Below are positions 37,901 to 53,704 of a stretch of 64,000 nt of DNA, in pieces; within the stretch, counting starts at the first letter, position 1, and every line of letters begins with the position of its first letter. The translations under genes were made by a program, and so were the position numbers. This DNA is from Raillietiella orientalis (Eukaryota): assembly GCA_036172245.1 (NCBI GenBank), contig JAYWIR010000023.1, positions 2,604,001-2,668,000 of the forward strand. The letters run 5' to 3'. The notes beneath the pieces are model-generated. The model saw nothing but the letters and a program-made list of their open reading frames with translations. It did not search any database and was not told where the DNA came from.

Positions 37901-39046
37901 TTTTGCAAAACCAAGACCAACCAAAATATGACCTTGAAAACACACACACGCACATACACACATGCCTTCAATCTGTTGAAATTTTTCTGTCCTTTTTTGA
38001 TCCTCTTGTTTCAGGTCCTGGATTAGCCTTTGTCGCTTATCCCAAGGCGGTCACGCAGATGCCATTTTCTTCCCTGTGGTCCTGCCTGTTCTTCATCATG
38101 ATGTTCATCCTGGGTTTAGACTCCCAGTTCGTTGGTGTAGAAGGTTTTGTCACCGCAATTGTCGACATATTTCCGATGTTCTTTAGACGAGGGAAATGGA
38201 GAAGAGAGATATTTGTACTAATCATTTGTCTGTTCAGCTTTTTCATTGGATTGTTCATGGTTACCAACGTAAGCATAGCCACGTAATTATGCTCTGGACA
38301 TCTTGTGCATGTTATTCTTCCTCCTGAATGTTAAGAACGCGATGTTAGTCCTTTCCACTGATACTGAAGTTGTTACGTGAACCAGTCATGTTGACCGTTC
38401 GCAACCCAAGTGACTCTCATTCTTTCGTTGCTCCTTTGTAAAAGAAAAAAATCAGTGGGACGCTATTCAACGAGGAAAGGCATCGAAAGAAATGCCACCA
38501 TCCATTTTCCTTCTAGAAACCCCAATCCAAAAAGGGCATCTGTTCTGCGAAAGAGGAAATCCAGTGGCATTTGTAGAATTTAAGAGCAGAGCGCCGACAC
38601 CCTGCTATGGGAGTCAAACGTTGGCCAAACGTAGTTTTTCCACTAAGAGATCAAGATGAGATGAAACAGATAAAGTGGGCCAGAAACAGAAGAGCGCGCA
38701 TCCCAGCCATAGTTTTCGAGATTCCTAGCTTGCCAATCTAGTCAGTTTCTCGTTTCACCAGATGGTTAGTCTTCGGCTCGCAAGAACGAGGTCGGTTCTC
38801 ATGACGTAGGTCTCTCCACAGTCCCAAAAACTCGAACATCTGATCAGAAAGGACCTTCATAGGAAACTCGTTACCCTAACCTGCAGTCAGTTGCACTTTT
38901 CTTGCAGGTGCTTCCAGAAGCGTAATCGACTCGATGTTTGGATATTCGAGAGCTTGCTAGATGCCGATTTCATGCAAGATGTACGAACATGACTTAACCG
39001 TTGGTGTACTTCAGGGGAAACTACGACCAAGCGAACGTGCATGTCT

Positions 39047-39094
<48 letters not shown>

Positions 39095-40841
39095 TATCTG
39101 GACGTCACGATAGTAAGGAGAGCCAAATATCAAAGCTCGTTTGGAAGAAAAATGGAAAAAGATTGCATTGAAGCGCTTTCTCGGGAACAGAATGCGGTTC
39201 TGCATATGACGTCGTTCCCCACGAACCGAAAACCAAGCCGGATGCTTGAAATCCTTTATTTTATTTTATTTTAAAGGAGAACAAAGATAGAACTGGAACG
39301 GAGATCAAATAGGAAGTTCCTTGTTGGATGACCAACAGAACCACTCTTGATGAAATGAGAAAGCAAATGACCATGTCTCATCTCCATCAGTGCGTACTAA
39401 TTTTCCCTTCCCCTCCTTCTTTCCCACTGATCCTTTTGTTCCCAAAGTCACCATTCTTCATCTGAACGGTATAGCTCTGTACTTTGCCAATGTATTTACT
39501 GATCCTGAATGAAAGAGACCCGGTAAGTTGGGATGGAACTGCTCTTGTTTTTCTCGTATCTACGATCTCCCGTAGTGAGTAGCCGAGACGAGCTCTCGAA
39601 GTCGCCTCTTTTTTAGGGGGGGGGGGGGTTTGGTTTGTTTGTTTTTGCAGTCGGACGTACCTCCTCCTCCTCCCCCTCCTCTGCATTCCGCGCACTTGGT
39701 TTCCAGACCGCTGCAGCAGCACGGGATGAACGCTTCGCGCTTCTGGATTCTTCTATTCGCATCGCCAACGCGACTGCAAGCTTTCACTTACAGCACCACC
39801 ACCTAACTAGAGCAAGTCTGTTCCGCAGAATGGCAATCTCCCTTGAAGCTCGTGAAATGCCTGAGAAGTTTCATGCGCACTGTTTCTTTCTTTCCATCTC
39901 TTCCTTCTCCGTTAAAATCGATGATGTTTTAATCCCCAGGGAGGTCTCTATGTCTTCAAAGTGTTCGATTTTTATGCTGCAAGTGGAATCGTTCTGCTGT
40001 GGTTCAGCTTGTTCGAATGTATTGCCATAGGTTGGGTGTACGGGGTGAATAACTTCTACAGCAACATCCTCGACATGGTTGGATACACCCCTTATCCATT
40101 CCTGAAAATATGTTGGAAGTACTTGTCGCCCCTCATTATTATAGTAGGTCCCACCACTCTGAGAAAAGCGAATTTTTGTTTGTGATAACCAGGTTGTCCT
40201 CCTGTTCTCCATCATTGGTTTCCAACCACTAGTTATTGGAGCTAAGCACCACGATTACACTTACCCAGCTTGGGCGCAAGGATTAGGATGGCTAATGACT
40301 ATGAGTTCGGCGGTTGTTATTCCTGCTTATTTGGCATATGCATTCATAAAAACTCCAGGAGCATTAAAAGAGGTATCCGTAAACTCTTTTTGACTTTGTG
40401 ACCTCCACTGTTGGAAAGCAGGAATTTTTCACGGATAGGTAATGTTCCGTAATTGCCCCGAGGAAGCGTGAGTATTCATGCGATACGGAGTTTCGAACAA
40501 GCTCAGTGAAGACACCCAAGGAAATGCTCATCTGACAAAATGTTTCTTTTTACGACTTTCGCATTCATTTCTGTGGGTTTGTTTGTTTCGCGCAACCGGC
40601 GAAATGTCTTTTCATGAACTTTAACCGCCGACAAACTTGTTCTACAATCTTTATTCTAACACCCACATCTTAAATCTGTAGCGAGATACGCAAATCTCTC
40701 TGAAAGAGATTTCTGGCAAAAGTTTTAATGAAATGTTTTTGTTTTGCTTCCTTTCAGAAATGGGCTAAAGTACGCAGTATACAACTCCAAACCAAAGGCT
40801 CAGGTGACGATAACGCTTGCGACATAGACATGACAGAATAA
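19931..40841 (+). CDS. SLC6 sodium:neurotransmitter symporter family transporter, GABA/taurine/betaine-like, 10 exons, 575 aa
   Basis: Exons 19931-20093, 21324-21455, 24943-25156, 25626-25774, 31213-31331, 37668-37896, 38015-38268, 39940-40143, 40193-40372 and 40758-40841 are all GT-AG and sum to 1728 nt in frame. Motifs: [75 protein letters not shown]1 has Gly rather than the Asp of monoamine transporters. Confidence 0.93.
24570..24925. repeat. G-poor minisatellite (48-bp unit) abutting the SLC6 exon 3 acceptor
   Basis: The unit tatccttccgctcagcatc(a/g)tcgtcgtcattctcatcat(c/a)ctcactct starts at 24813 and 24861, with a partial copy at 24909. More diverged (ATC/GTC)-rich copies lie upstream. 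Confidence 0.85.
36533..37012 (+). mobile_element. Possible decayed CR1/L2-type LINE fragment (EN-RT linker) in SLC6 intron 5
   Basis: TVVPLKV...QPWL and [15 protein letters not shown] resemble the P-x-K...PW and W-(Y/W)-xxIKxL linker motifs of CR1/L2 ORF2. No RT core was seen. Confidence 0.35.
39049..39091. repeat. (GT)n microsatellite, about 21 units
   Basis: Uninterrupted gtgtgt run in SLC6 intron 7. Confidence 0.97.
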
Positions 40842-43658
40842 ATGTTTTTGCAAATGCTTTTACTGGTTCGTTTGCATTGAGATAGCATTTGGATTCCTCA
40901 CCTTACACAAGGAAATGGAACGTGATAGATCCTTTCTCGGACTGCGCGACGGGTCTCCCTTATCAACGATTAGTAATAAGAGTGGCGTTGAACAGCTATG
41001 ATGAACTTCATATTTGCAGAATGCTTTACAGTAAGCAGGAAAAAAACAAATTCAATGCTTTTACGGCAAGTAAAAATCCACGAGGCATCAAGTAGATAGC
41101 AAAGAGAGAGATTAATGGGAAATGAAAGCTTCCATTAATCTGAAGTTGAAACAGCCAATAACTGAACAAAAGGAAAACGTGGTGATCCCGGCATTGCATT
41201 ACCCGAGACAAGAAACCACTACCGTTGATAGCGCGTACAAACTTTTGGCATAAATCTGTACAATTATACAAAACGAATCTGATTAGAAGATACAAAAGGT
41301 AAGTAGGAAAAACAAGCTTAGTTGGACTGTGTTCAACTGTGCACTTTAACAAAGCATTTGAAACTTTTGCAACTACCATGAAGTTTCTCGGTGACAGTAT
41401 CTTAAGCAGAAGTAACCTGGTCGTAATTATTCTGGAGAAATAAGGAGTGACCACACAAACCATTTAAAAGAACGGTATCAACTTCTTATTAGACAATGCT
41501 CATGCCAGAATATTTTTTTCAGTTAAATCTTTGTATTCCTTTTGAGGAGACTTCAAGTTTAAACTCCACTCTCCAAACTGATTGCAAGTATGCAGTTGTC
41601 TTCAAGCTTCTTGTACAACTACTACCGTTCCCAAGAGACATTTCATCAACATTGTCTAAATGCTTAGTGTGTAGTCTTATTTTCCGGCTACATCTACATT
41701 AAACGTAATCTTATGAACTGCATATGAAAATGTTTCGCAGTTCTTCAAATTGGGTTGAATTATACATTAGACGCATGTTAACATTCCGTTTCAAATTCGC
41801 TTCGAATTACTGATTACTGATTTGATGACAAGGTATCACCTTACTTCGGTATTAGTCATACTATATGTGATAGTTTGGATCCAGCTGACGAGCACACTTG
41901 GCATATCACGTTCAAACTTTTTTAATACCACTTACACTCTGTATACCTCGTAAAACTTGAGAATCTGTCTTCGATAAACCATGAACGCAGGCACGCAGAA
42001 TAGATTCCATGTGTAAACGAATTAAATTAATGATTCTCCCAGATGAGACAAAGAAATGCATCATGATAATTTATCTAAGTATTTCGAAACATTTAGAAAT
42101 TGTTCCTTCGAGTTGTTTCCTTCCGTTTTCTTTCCATGATACATCGACTCGATGCAGTTTTCAATTCCACATAAGTCACTTCAGGCTGTATACACGAAAC
42201 TTATTGCATTAATCAAAAAACATTCTTCATTTACGGATGTAGAAATTCACTTATGGTAGCGAATATAGGGATGCCTCCTTTGTTTTGATTTCACGTATGA
42301 TGGTATAGAATCACTAAAAGCAAGATAAATGGTTACTCCTCGTTGCACTCAGGTAGCAAGAAAATAAGAATCAGAAAATAATTAGTGCCTACAAACAACA
42401 CTTGAAGTGCTTTTGGACAGAAAGCGAAGTGTTCTTCAGAACAACCTTGCCTCAGTGGAAAGGTCTCGGTATTCAAGACAATCTGCTTAATCTGAACTTG
42501 CACGTCCTTAGAAACTCTATGTAACAGTCTGGCATGTGTGAAGTATGTTTTTTGTAAGATAAGATCTATTGAAATAGACAGCAATGAAATAGTGCAAATA
42601 CCAAAAATAGGAGGGAAGTACTGACAGCTAAGCAGGCTTGGTATTCTAAAAAACAAACAAAAGTTCGCTTGGCACACTAAACTCCAGTGAAGGGAAAAAA
42701 AAAACTTATAAAGGTTGGGCAGCAACATGCAGAAGCGAAAATTTGAAACGAACTTCATCACTGAAATTACGTAGGATTTGGCCTTCAAACGATAATGATA
42801 CGTACTTGCCACCTTAGAATAATTCCAACACCTTTCATGCTTACATGAAACATAAACGCTGCTAATCGGCTAAAGAATATAAATTTACGAAATGTAAAAT
42901 TTCAGAGTGCGATAAACAGCAACTGATACCTGATGACATACTCTTCGAAGTCCTTGCATGTATTAATAGTACTATATGAATGTAAATCAGTTAATATAGT
43001 ACCCAGCATAAAGATGATAACAAATGTTGATTTGCTTAATCCATTTCCAAATGAAGATGGTCATTTCATTTTGTTCGGTTTTGTTTTGTATCCTGAAATG
43101 TGATGTGTTAACAGTAATTAATCATCCATTCCGTCGCTACGTGCTACTATGTATGAGATATTTAAGAAATTACTGTACAATTTTACTGAATGTTAAGAAA
43201 ACTTTTTCCTTGGTGTGGGCTCACAAACATAAGAGTATTTACAAAGTGCAAGTAAATAGTCACATGCAAGCGATATTGACCAAAAGCAACTCCCGCAACA
43301 AGACCTTTAATCTCTGCTGTGCATTTTTCTTCAGACGTCTTTTGCGAACCACGAGCAAACGGAAAAAACAGCGCGATTTAGGGTACGAGCTTAGTGCAAT
43401 ATTACTTCACTCCCGTAAACATCGACCATGTCATACAATTTTCGTTATTTTGATCCCTACGAGTTTTAGTTTTAACTTATTCCTGTCTTAAGTTTACACA
43501 TTCTTACAAATTGCAAGTGTGTAAGTCCTCTACTTAATTTTTCCATGCAACATCACACAGAAGATTATCATCGTATAAAACATGATAGCAATTTACTAAC
43601 AAGAAAGTATCGAGTGGCAAATTAGTAATACATATCTTTAATGATTCTTTGAAAACTC

Positions 43659-43661
<3 letters not shown>

Positions 43662-43698
<37 letters not shown>
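43662..43698. repeat. Poly(A) tract, about 37 nt
   Basis: Homopolymer in intergenic DNA. No target-site duplication was recognised. Confidence 0.95.
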
Positions 43699-43700
<2 letters not shown>

Positions 43701-46700
43701 AGTTCCCACACTAAGACTGGTTGGTTATTAATCAAGTCGATGAAATTCTCTTTTCAGTTACAGGATTTCAAAAATTGAAACAAAAATTGAAAAACATAGC
43801 TCAAGAAATACGAAATGAAAGTCCAACATATTCAAACCTTTTCCTCGTTTGGAAATTGGTTTACCCACAGTATTTCGTCCTTCATTCGTGAACATCGTAT
43901 TATATAAAGGAGACGAAATGCAAGCTATGTTTCTATGTTTAGATTTTGTTGCAGCAGCTTAGGACATCCAACTCAGAGTTCCAGTCAGCAATGGCAGAAT
44001 GTTATGCGATAGAACGACATACAACATACCCTATAACACTCTACGCAAATTTAAAATCACCTTTAAAGTGGTTCTTCGGGGAAAAGTAACGAACTAATTG
44101 TAATTACCGATACCCGTATAGTGTGAAATCTGTGCAGTGCCTCTGAACGATCATTACATTTGAGATCAGCGTAAGTTTTCCTTTAAGACGAAATAAATTT
44201 ACGTGAACGATTTACAATCACCTGAAATTTGATCCTGACTTGAAATAAATATTTTTTTTCGTTCAATTCTAAATGATTTTACGGTACGCTCCACTTCGAC
44301 TCGTTTCATCCAAAGACTGAGCTTCCGATGTACTGTTAAGTCATCTTATTTTTTTTTTTTAAGCGCTGTGAAGTTTGCTTCTAAGGCATGACGTTGTACG
44401 CTTTGTGCAGAAGCAATGCACTAGTGAGATCAGTATTCCCAATCTTGTTAGAACTTCAAAATGCCAAAGACGCCCGAATTGCAATCTAAAAATCTCTGCA
44501 AATCACCAACTTCACTTTTTTCGGACGTTAACGTGATGGTAGTGCATTATGAACACTGAATATATTACATTCTGTAAAAATGCAACTTTAACACATTTAG
44601 TTACGAAAGAAATTATCCTTATTCTATCTTCGCCACGCAAACTATAGTCGCATTTTCGAAAACATTTTTAATCATCAATCTGAACGAATACTGGTACCTC
44701 CATGTCAGTTCAAGTTTTAAAAAACTTGAAGCATCCTACAAACTACATAAATCGTGATGATGGTCTTAACGAAAGAGCATTCGAATATAAACCCATTCAG
44801 CTTCGTTGCCTCTGAACTTTATTGAATCGCACTTCGTCATTCCAAAATCCCGTAGGTCAACTACAATAACCTAACCTTACTAAATTAAATTTTCCCCATT
44901 ACCCAAACGAGGCAAACTCTGCCCTAGACTCTTTCGACCTAGGCATTACTTTATTAAACTATCATCCGTGCACTACTTCAAACACACAGCTCTTACTAAG
45001 TTTCTTAAATCAGTTGTTCTAGAAGATAATAATCATATACTCGATATAAAAGATTCGTTTTCTAGACTACCCGTGCATCACGTAGTCTATATGGACATTA
45101 AACGATTGATTGTATTCTCTCTCAGCACAGATCTAACGAATTCTGCACTCAGCACTCGTGAGGATGAATTTATCGATTCAGTTGGCTACACTAATCAGTA
45201 ATCTGAATAACAGTATGAGAAAATTTCGTCTAGTAAAGTTACTAGGGTCTGATTTGATCACATGAGGTTTCTAATCTTGCTTTTTCGAACTCCGTAGCTG
45301 TCTAACAGGCCAATAGAGCTTCACTCTGAAGTCTATCAACTAAAACGCTTTTTTGTTTTAATATAAAAACAAAGCTTGCACGAAAATCGACATCTACATA
45401 AAACACGTAATAAATTTCGAAACAAAATGGATGTTGCGGTGCCAAGCTTTAAAAAACTTCATGCTAACGTCATTTAAAATTTACCTGTATGCTGCTACAT
45501 ACTTTGCGCTTACCTCATTCGTAAAAGATTTAAACAACGGAAACATATTAAAGGATTCTGCTTTTATTAACTTATCCATACAACAAATAAATAAACATGA
45601 ATTGAGTCAAGGCTACTTTTGTAGTTACAGCTTTCAGAGAGAATCGTAAAAGAAAGCATAGCTTCTTCCACGAAAAGCTTTCCTTTCTAGAATGTAATCA
45701 CATTCCCATTATGCAAAACAGCAACGCTTTTCATAAAAAAGCAAACGATCCTCGTGTTTACTTGCAATGACCGCTTTCACATTTTCATTTTCAATCTTCT
45801 GCATTCTGATATGAATAAACTAGCTTTTTCTTAGGAATTTACGCTCCATCTCCAAATCCTTTCTTTCTACCACCAATAAACTTCGCAAGAATTGATCTTA
45901 ATTTCCATAGTATTTGGTGTTGCTTTTACATCTTGCACTCAACTACAACTTGTCATTCCATTTTTAGGTTAGTGCTTTGACAAAAATCCAAGCAATGAAC
46001 ACAAACATAGGTACATAAATACACCAATATCAAAATGTAAAATATGCATAAATGTGATAATTGTAACTTTAATGCAAAAACTTTTGTTAAAAAAACATTT
46101 CCACTTCTCATATACGTTTATTAACATAAGAATTTACGATCGGAATTAATGAACAACAAGTAGGATCCATCACATGCAAATTACGAAAGTTTCCGTTACA
46201 AAACTCTTGATCTTTTTGGAATTTCGTTTTTAAAAGCGACAATTTTTTTTGTAATGTTATGCAACTGATGTGGAGCAGAATATCAAATGATCTATACTGC
46301 TGCATTGGACATTCTTGATAAAAGCCAGTAATACAATGCGACCATTCAAAGTTCCTCTTTCAATAGGTATTACAGGAAAAAAATTAAAACGCTAAAAAAA
46401 AAACTAGAAGCAAACTTTCGTACGAAACATTAGAAAAAACCAACAAAAAAGGATGCAAAATTACGTCTCTAGCATGTAGCCCAAAGGAAAACTACAACGC
46501 AACAGATCAAAAGCTGTTCTTCAATACATCGTTTAACGAAATGATTCTATCAGTAGTCTACATGAAGATTGCTAGGATTGTTTGATGAACTACTAAATTT
46601 ATTGAGAACACTGTAGCGTTTGCTACAGAAAAATGAGCAGCTAAATACACTTGATATTCGAAAAGTCCAAAAGTATGAAACAAAAATTCAGCTTAGAAAC

Positions 46701-48920
46701 GTAACGCACAACCAACCATACTGTACTTGTCTGTTGACTAGAAAGCCCTTAGTGCTTGTTTCACTGAAATCTCTGAAAATATGAAAATGGTGCAAGCCCA
46801 CAATAAAAACCTTAAATCTGGTATGTAAAATGATTTTATAATCGCTCAAGTTGATTTCTGAAAAAATTCTGTTTATTTGAGTTGATAACGTCTACAAGCT
46901 AGTGTTATGCTGACCAAAGAATAACTTGGTATTTTCACTCATTATCACTATATCTAGCACAATTCCCAAATCAGTTCTTTTAAAATAATCCTTATAATTC
47001 TTATTGTCACACAAAAAAAATATCAAAACAGCTTACACATGATCATTATCCACTGAATTGAAATAAGCACCAGTATATGATCACGAAGATCAGTTTCTCA
47101 TCTAATAAACTTTAAATGCAGTAAAAAAAAATCCGTAGTCTAACATTGGAAAAAAAAAAAAAAAAAGTTTTAACTTGGAAGACATTTGGTGCAACTGTAT
47201 ATGCACTCATACCAATACTTAAAACCTCATACACTACTTTCCCTTGTAAGTTAAAATTCGAAACAAGTTCATCACTTTTAACTCGTTTGCTTGACTTCCG
47301 AAATGAAAATACCCTGCAGTGATTCCATGAGAATCTCGCTTTTACTGGCAGGTGGAATTTCATAAACCCCGAGATCATAGGTAGTGGCTAAGTGCCCGTG
47401 GACTGATGATAAGGGGGCAAATTACCGGGAACTATCAGGGAAACAGTAACTTTAAAGTCTACAATACAGGAAACGAAAATTAGTACATAGTATTAAGTTT
47501 GTAATCACAAAGTTTCAGGTATTACTGATAATTTTAACACATCATAACGTTTATTCATCATATTGCCCTGTTTCACCATCTCTGAGTACTCTGTAATTCA
47601 AAGATCCTAATACACAATTCCTTCTGATGTTTGGGCATTGCATCTTGACTAAGAACTGTTAATCCCTTTTTTGGCTGCAAATGCCATTTGCAAAAACATA
47701 GCAAGTATTTCTGGGATGAGAAAATGATCTACCATTTATTACTAATGCTATCATCAACTCACTACATCTGTAGAGCAAAAGCCACGAAAAACTGAAAAGA
47801 AACTGCATGAAGTGAAACTGGGTGAAGTTTCTTTAAGAAATACTATGCACCTGTCTTCATAAAATGCATGCAATTAAGACAAACAATACTGGTAATTACA
47901 ATGTTTGGCTCTCTGACTTAATATTCTTCATTCAATGGATCATTATATTGTAGAATATCTTGTGAAATCCCCAAACCCAAATTGAAGAAATCATGGTACA
48001 ACTTTGTTTTTTTGTTTTTTGTTTTTTTGGCATAAAGACAAAATACACATGTATTTCCTTGTCATTTCTGGCCAGATACTGGAGCTGTAATCATATAATT
48101 TGTAAGTGGATCTTCTTTTTTTTAATGAAAAACTCAAAACATTTCAATAAAATACAAATAAATATAGTTTGATGAAGTATTTACATGTATTTACAGTCTA
48201 ACACATGAATTCACATCCCAAAGCAACAACATAATGAAAACATTTTTCTATGCAGGAATATGAAAGCTGAACATTGACAATTGCAATCAGTATCATTAAC
48301 TTTCAACAAGTTAAAACATTATGATGCTTTTCTTCTTTAAAATCTGTTTTTGAAAAATCAAATTATATGAATAAAAATCCTTGAATTTTGTACATAATTT
48401 TACACTCACAGAAACAGTTTCGTGCTTATTTGTGCAAACAAGAATTGCCTTTTTGACTGCGAAGAATGCAGGCACTTCTTTTTTATTATTTTACAAATAA
48501 TGTACTGAACGCCTTGACTGATTGACTATCGCTTTGAGTTAGAATGTCAAATGACAGAATCTTCGAAATAAAACTGTGGTTCTGTGCTCAAAAATACGAA
48601 TATTTACAACCCACTCTGAGATCCTGGGAAGAAAACCTCAATACAAGCAAAGTTTTCAAATACTCTAAAATAAGAAAAATACTTTCTCTTAAAGTTAATG
48701 TTGGATGAAGTCTACAGTTCTACACTGCAAGAGCACTGCACAATTTTTATGTGAATTTAGTTAGGATAAGAAACTGCATAATCAAATGCTTACGAGAACA
48801 GGTAATATGGAGAAAAATTAAATGAAACATAAAATAATACTTAAGAATTAGCAGTTTATTTTACTGGATTGAAACTGCTACTGTTAAGAGATCTGTCAAA
48901 ATCATTATGAATTGTACACT

Positions 48921-51214
<2,294 letters not shown>

Positions 51215-51799
51215 ACTTACCTTAAAAAAATTTCACATTCTTATGAACGAACCCAAGATGTTTGCATCACACATAAATAGTCACTATCCCACGCTATCAG
51301 ACTATGTTTTTAAATAGTAACATTCGGTCAAATAATCGCAAGCGACATAACTCCCATAAAATTGAAAAGTAAATTTTCAGAAACAATAAGCAATTTACGC
51401 TTGTTATGTTAAATTGACTACTGTTCAGGGTCACTAATGCTGTGCGTGATGTTTCATGTAACTACAGAATACACAAAGAGACTGCAGTTACATTTGCTAC
51501 TCTACAGATAAATAAGATTCTGCAAACCATTTGAACATGCAATTCATTTATCACTTCACATCATTTCACTTGTTATTGAAATTACGCAAAACCGTCTCAA
51601 ACAAAATGGCAAAATCGACTCAAAACGGATGCTTTGCATTCAATTCGACATCACCCTCTAACACATTTATGCATTAACTAATAATAATAACACAGAGACA
51701 GTACACTTGCATTAAATGCTGGAGACTGGTTTACAAACTTATCGTTTGCACGAATTAGCATGAATATTTATAAAATACAATACAACACAACGATTATAC

Positions 51800-52176
51800 C
51801 TTCTCAACACCTTAACGCACTGTTCGAGGATGAAGCGTTAATATGGCGAAACAGAATGATAAAATAACGTCACTTCCCGTTTGTAATATAGGTTTCTTAT
51901 TGGTTTCCAGCAAAACAAAAGTTAGCTCTTTATTCCGCTTCATAAAAGACCATATTAATATTCTATTTGCAATAAACATTTCGCTTTTGAAAAATTGAAA
52001 AATTGGAAAAATTGCATTTCTTTCATAGTGAATAATTTTGCTGAATAAATTTCAAGAATGATACAAAAATTAATGTAACATATGATATTTGGCGAAAACA
52101 ATTCTTTATGGCGAAATTTATTTCTTTGGAAATGAACATAGGAAAGTAGTGGCCAGTCGACAGATTCGTTAGAATT
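51800..52176. promoter_or_regulatory. Putative bidirectional promoter and UAP56 non-coding first exon
   Basis: The UAP56 and CK1a ATGs diverge 962 nt apart. There is a minus-strand donor GAAG|GTATAA at 51800/51799, a YY1-like CGCCATATT (minus, ~51840-51848), ACGTCACTTCCCG (51867-51879) and ATTGG (51899). Confidence 0.5.
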
Positions 52177-53154
52177 ATGGCCGTTCCAAGAGGTCTGCAA
52201 GATTGTCTTATTGGTGGTAAATATAAATTACTAAGACGAATAGGATATGGTTCGTTTGGAGAGATATTCTTAGGTATTAATATAGCAAATGGAGAAGAAG
52301 TGGCAGTGAAAGTAGAAAGACTGACAGCACGGCATCCGCAATTATTATATGAAAGCAAGTTATATAAAATATTGCAGAATGGCCTAGGTGTACCACGGCT
52401 ACATTGGTTTGGAAATGAAAGAGAACATAGTGTTCTTGTGATGGATTTGTTGGGACCTTCCCTAGAAGATTTGTTTAATTTCTGTTCAAGACGTTTTACT
52501 TTAAAAACAGTTCTTATGCTGGCTGATCAGATGATATCAAGAGTTGAATTTGTTCATAGCAAAAACTTTATCCATAGAGATATTAAACCAGATAATTTTC
52601 TCATGGGAATTGGAAGACATTGCAACAGACTTTTTTTAATTGATTATGGTTTAGCCAAAAAATATAGAGATAGTAGAATGAGAGTGCACATCCCTTATAG
52701 GGAAGATAAAAATCTGACAGGAACAGCTAGATATGCCAGCATAAATGCACATCTTGGTATTGAACAAAGTAGAAGGGATGATATGGAATCACTAGGATAT
52801 GTGCTCATGTACTTCAATCGTGGCAGTTTACCCTGGCAAGGATTAAAAGCAGCTACTAAAAAACAGAAGTATGAGAAAATAAGTGAGAAAAAAATGACAA
52901 CTCCCATCGAAGTTTTATGCAAAAGTTATCCTGCAGAATTTTCCATGTATTTAAGTTACTGTAGAGGATTACGTTTTGAAGAAGCTCCAGATTATATATA
53001 TCTTCGTCAGTTATTCAGAATCCTGTTTCGTACATTAAATCATCAGTATGATTATTCATTTGATTGGACTTTGCTAAAACAAAAAGCAGCTGTTGCAGCA
53101 GTGGGTAATAATTCAGGTGCAGTAGCCCATACAAATGGTGCTTGCAAATCATGA
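52177..53154 (+). CDS. CSNK1A1: Casein kinase 1 alpha-like Ser/Thr kinase, intronless, 325 aa
   Basis: Single ORF with [60 protein letters not shown] and LNHQYDYxFDW (alpha-type). Confidence 0.95.
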   Translation: MAVPRGLQDCLIGGKYKLLRRIGYGSFGEIFLGINIANGEEVAVKVERLTARHPQLLYESKLYKILQNGLGVPRLHWFGNEREHSVLVMDLLGPSLEDLFNFCSRRFTLKTVLMLADQMISRVEFVHSKNFIHRDIKPDNFLMGIGRHCNRLFLIDYGLAKKYRDSRMRVHIPYREDKNLTGTARYASINAHLGIEQSRRDDMESLGYVLMYFNRGSLPWQGLKAATKKQKYEKISEKKMTTPIEVLCKSYPAEFSMYLSYCRGLRFEEAPDYIYLRQLFRILFRTLNHQYDYSFDWTLLKQKAAVAAVGNNSGAVAHTNGACKS

Positions 53155-53704
53155 GACTTAAGCAAATATTGTGATTCAATTTAGTGCATATTTCATTTCA
53201 TATATTTATATGTATGTAAATTTATTAGTGAAATAAACAATCTTGTCACAGAGTTCTAACTATATTAGTGTGCCAGTTTGTATTCATTGTTTGATTTAAT
53301 GGGTTATTAATGCATATTGCAACAAAAAAATATACAACACTGTTTATGTACTGTTTGTAGATTGAAAACTAATTTTCCTCCCTCATGTTGTGCTAGTTGT
53401 GTGTATATGTTGCCCAATTTGGTTTGTTATAAAAAGTTTCATAACATGAGAATTTGCTTTGATTGTCTGCTTTTAATATATGAAAGTAACAATGTAGAAG
53501 TGATTAGTTATGCAGAGAATATTATTTTTTTATGTTTATTTTTGGGACCTGTTTTCCAATTAAATAAACATCATCTTTCAAACTTATAATTTTTTTTAAT
53601 TTCAGAATCAGGTATTAAATTAGAATTTAAGATTACTTAATGATATATAGTAAGTTAGTGACTATAAGTAATTGGATTAGTTCAAATACAGCCAAGTTTT
53701 CAAA

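Noticed and set aside
47077..47100. ATGATCACGAAG match to U1 snRNA stem-loop I
   Set aside because: Only about 12 nt, with no U1 5' end or Sm site.
47395..47450. CTGATGA...GAAAC hammerhead-like core
   Set aside because: The stem II closing pair and stems I/III do not form.
51420..51570. Possible further C/D snoRNA in UAP56 intron 1 (ATGATGT ... CTGA, minus strand)
   Set aside because: Imperfect C box, no terminal stem and no recognisable guide. It still merits a cmscan check.
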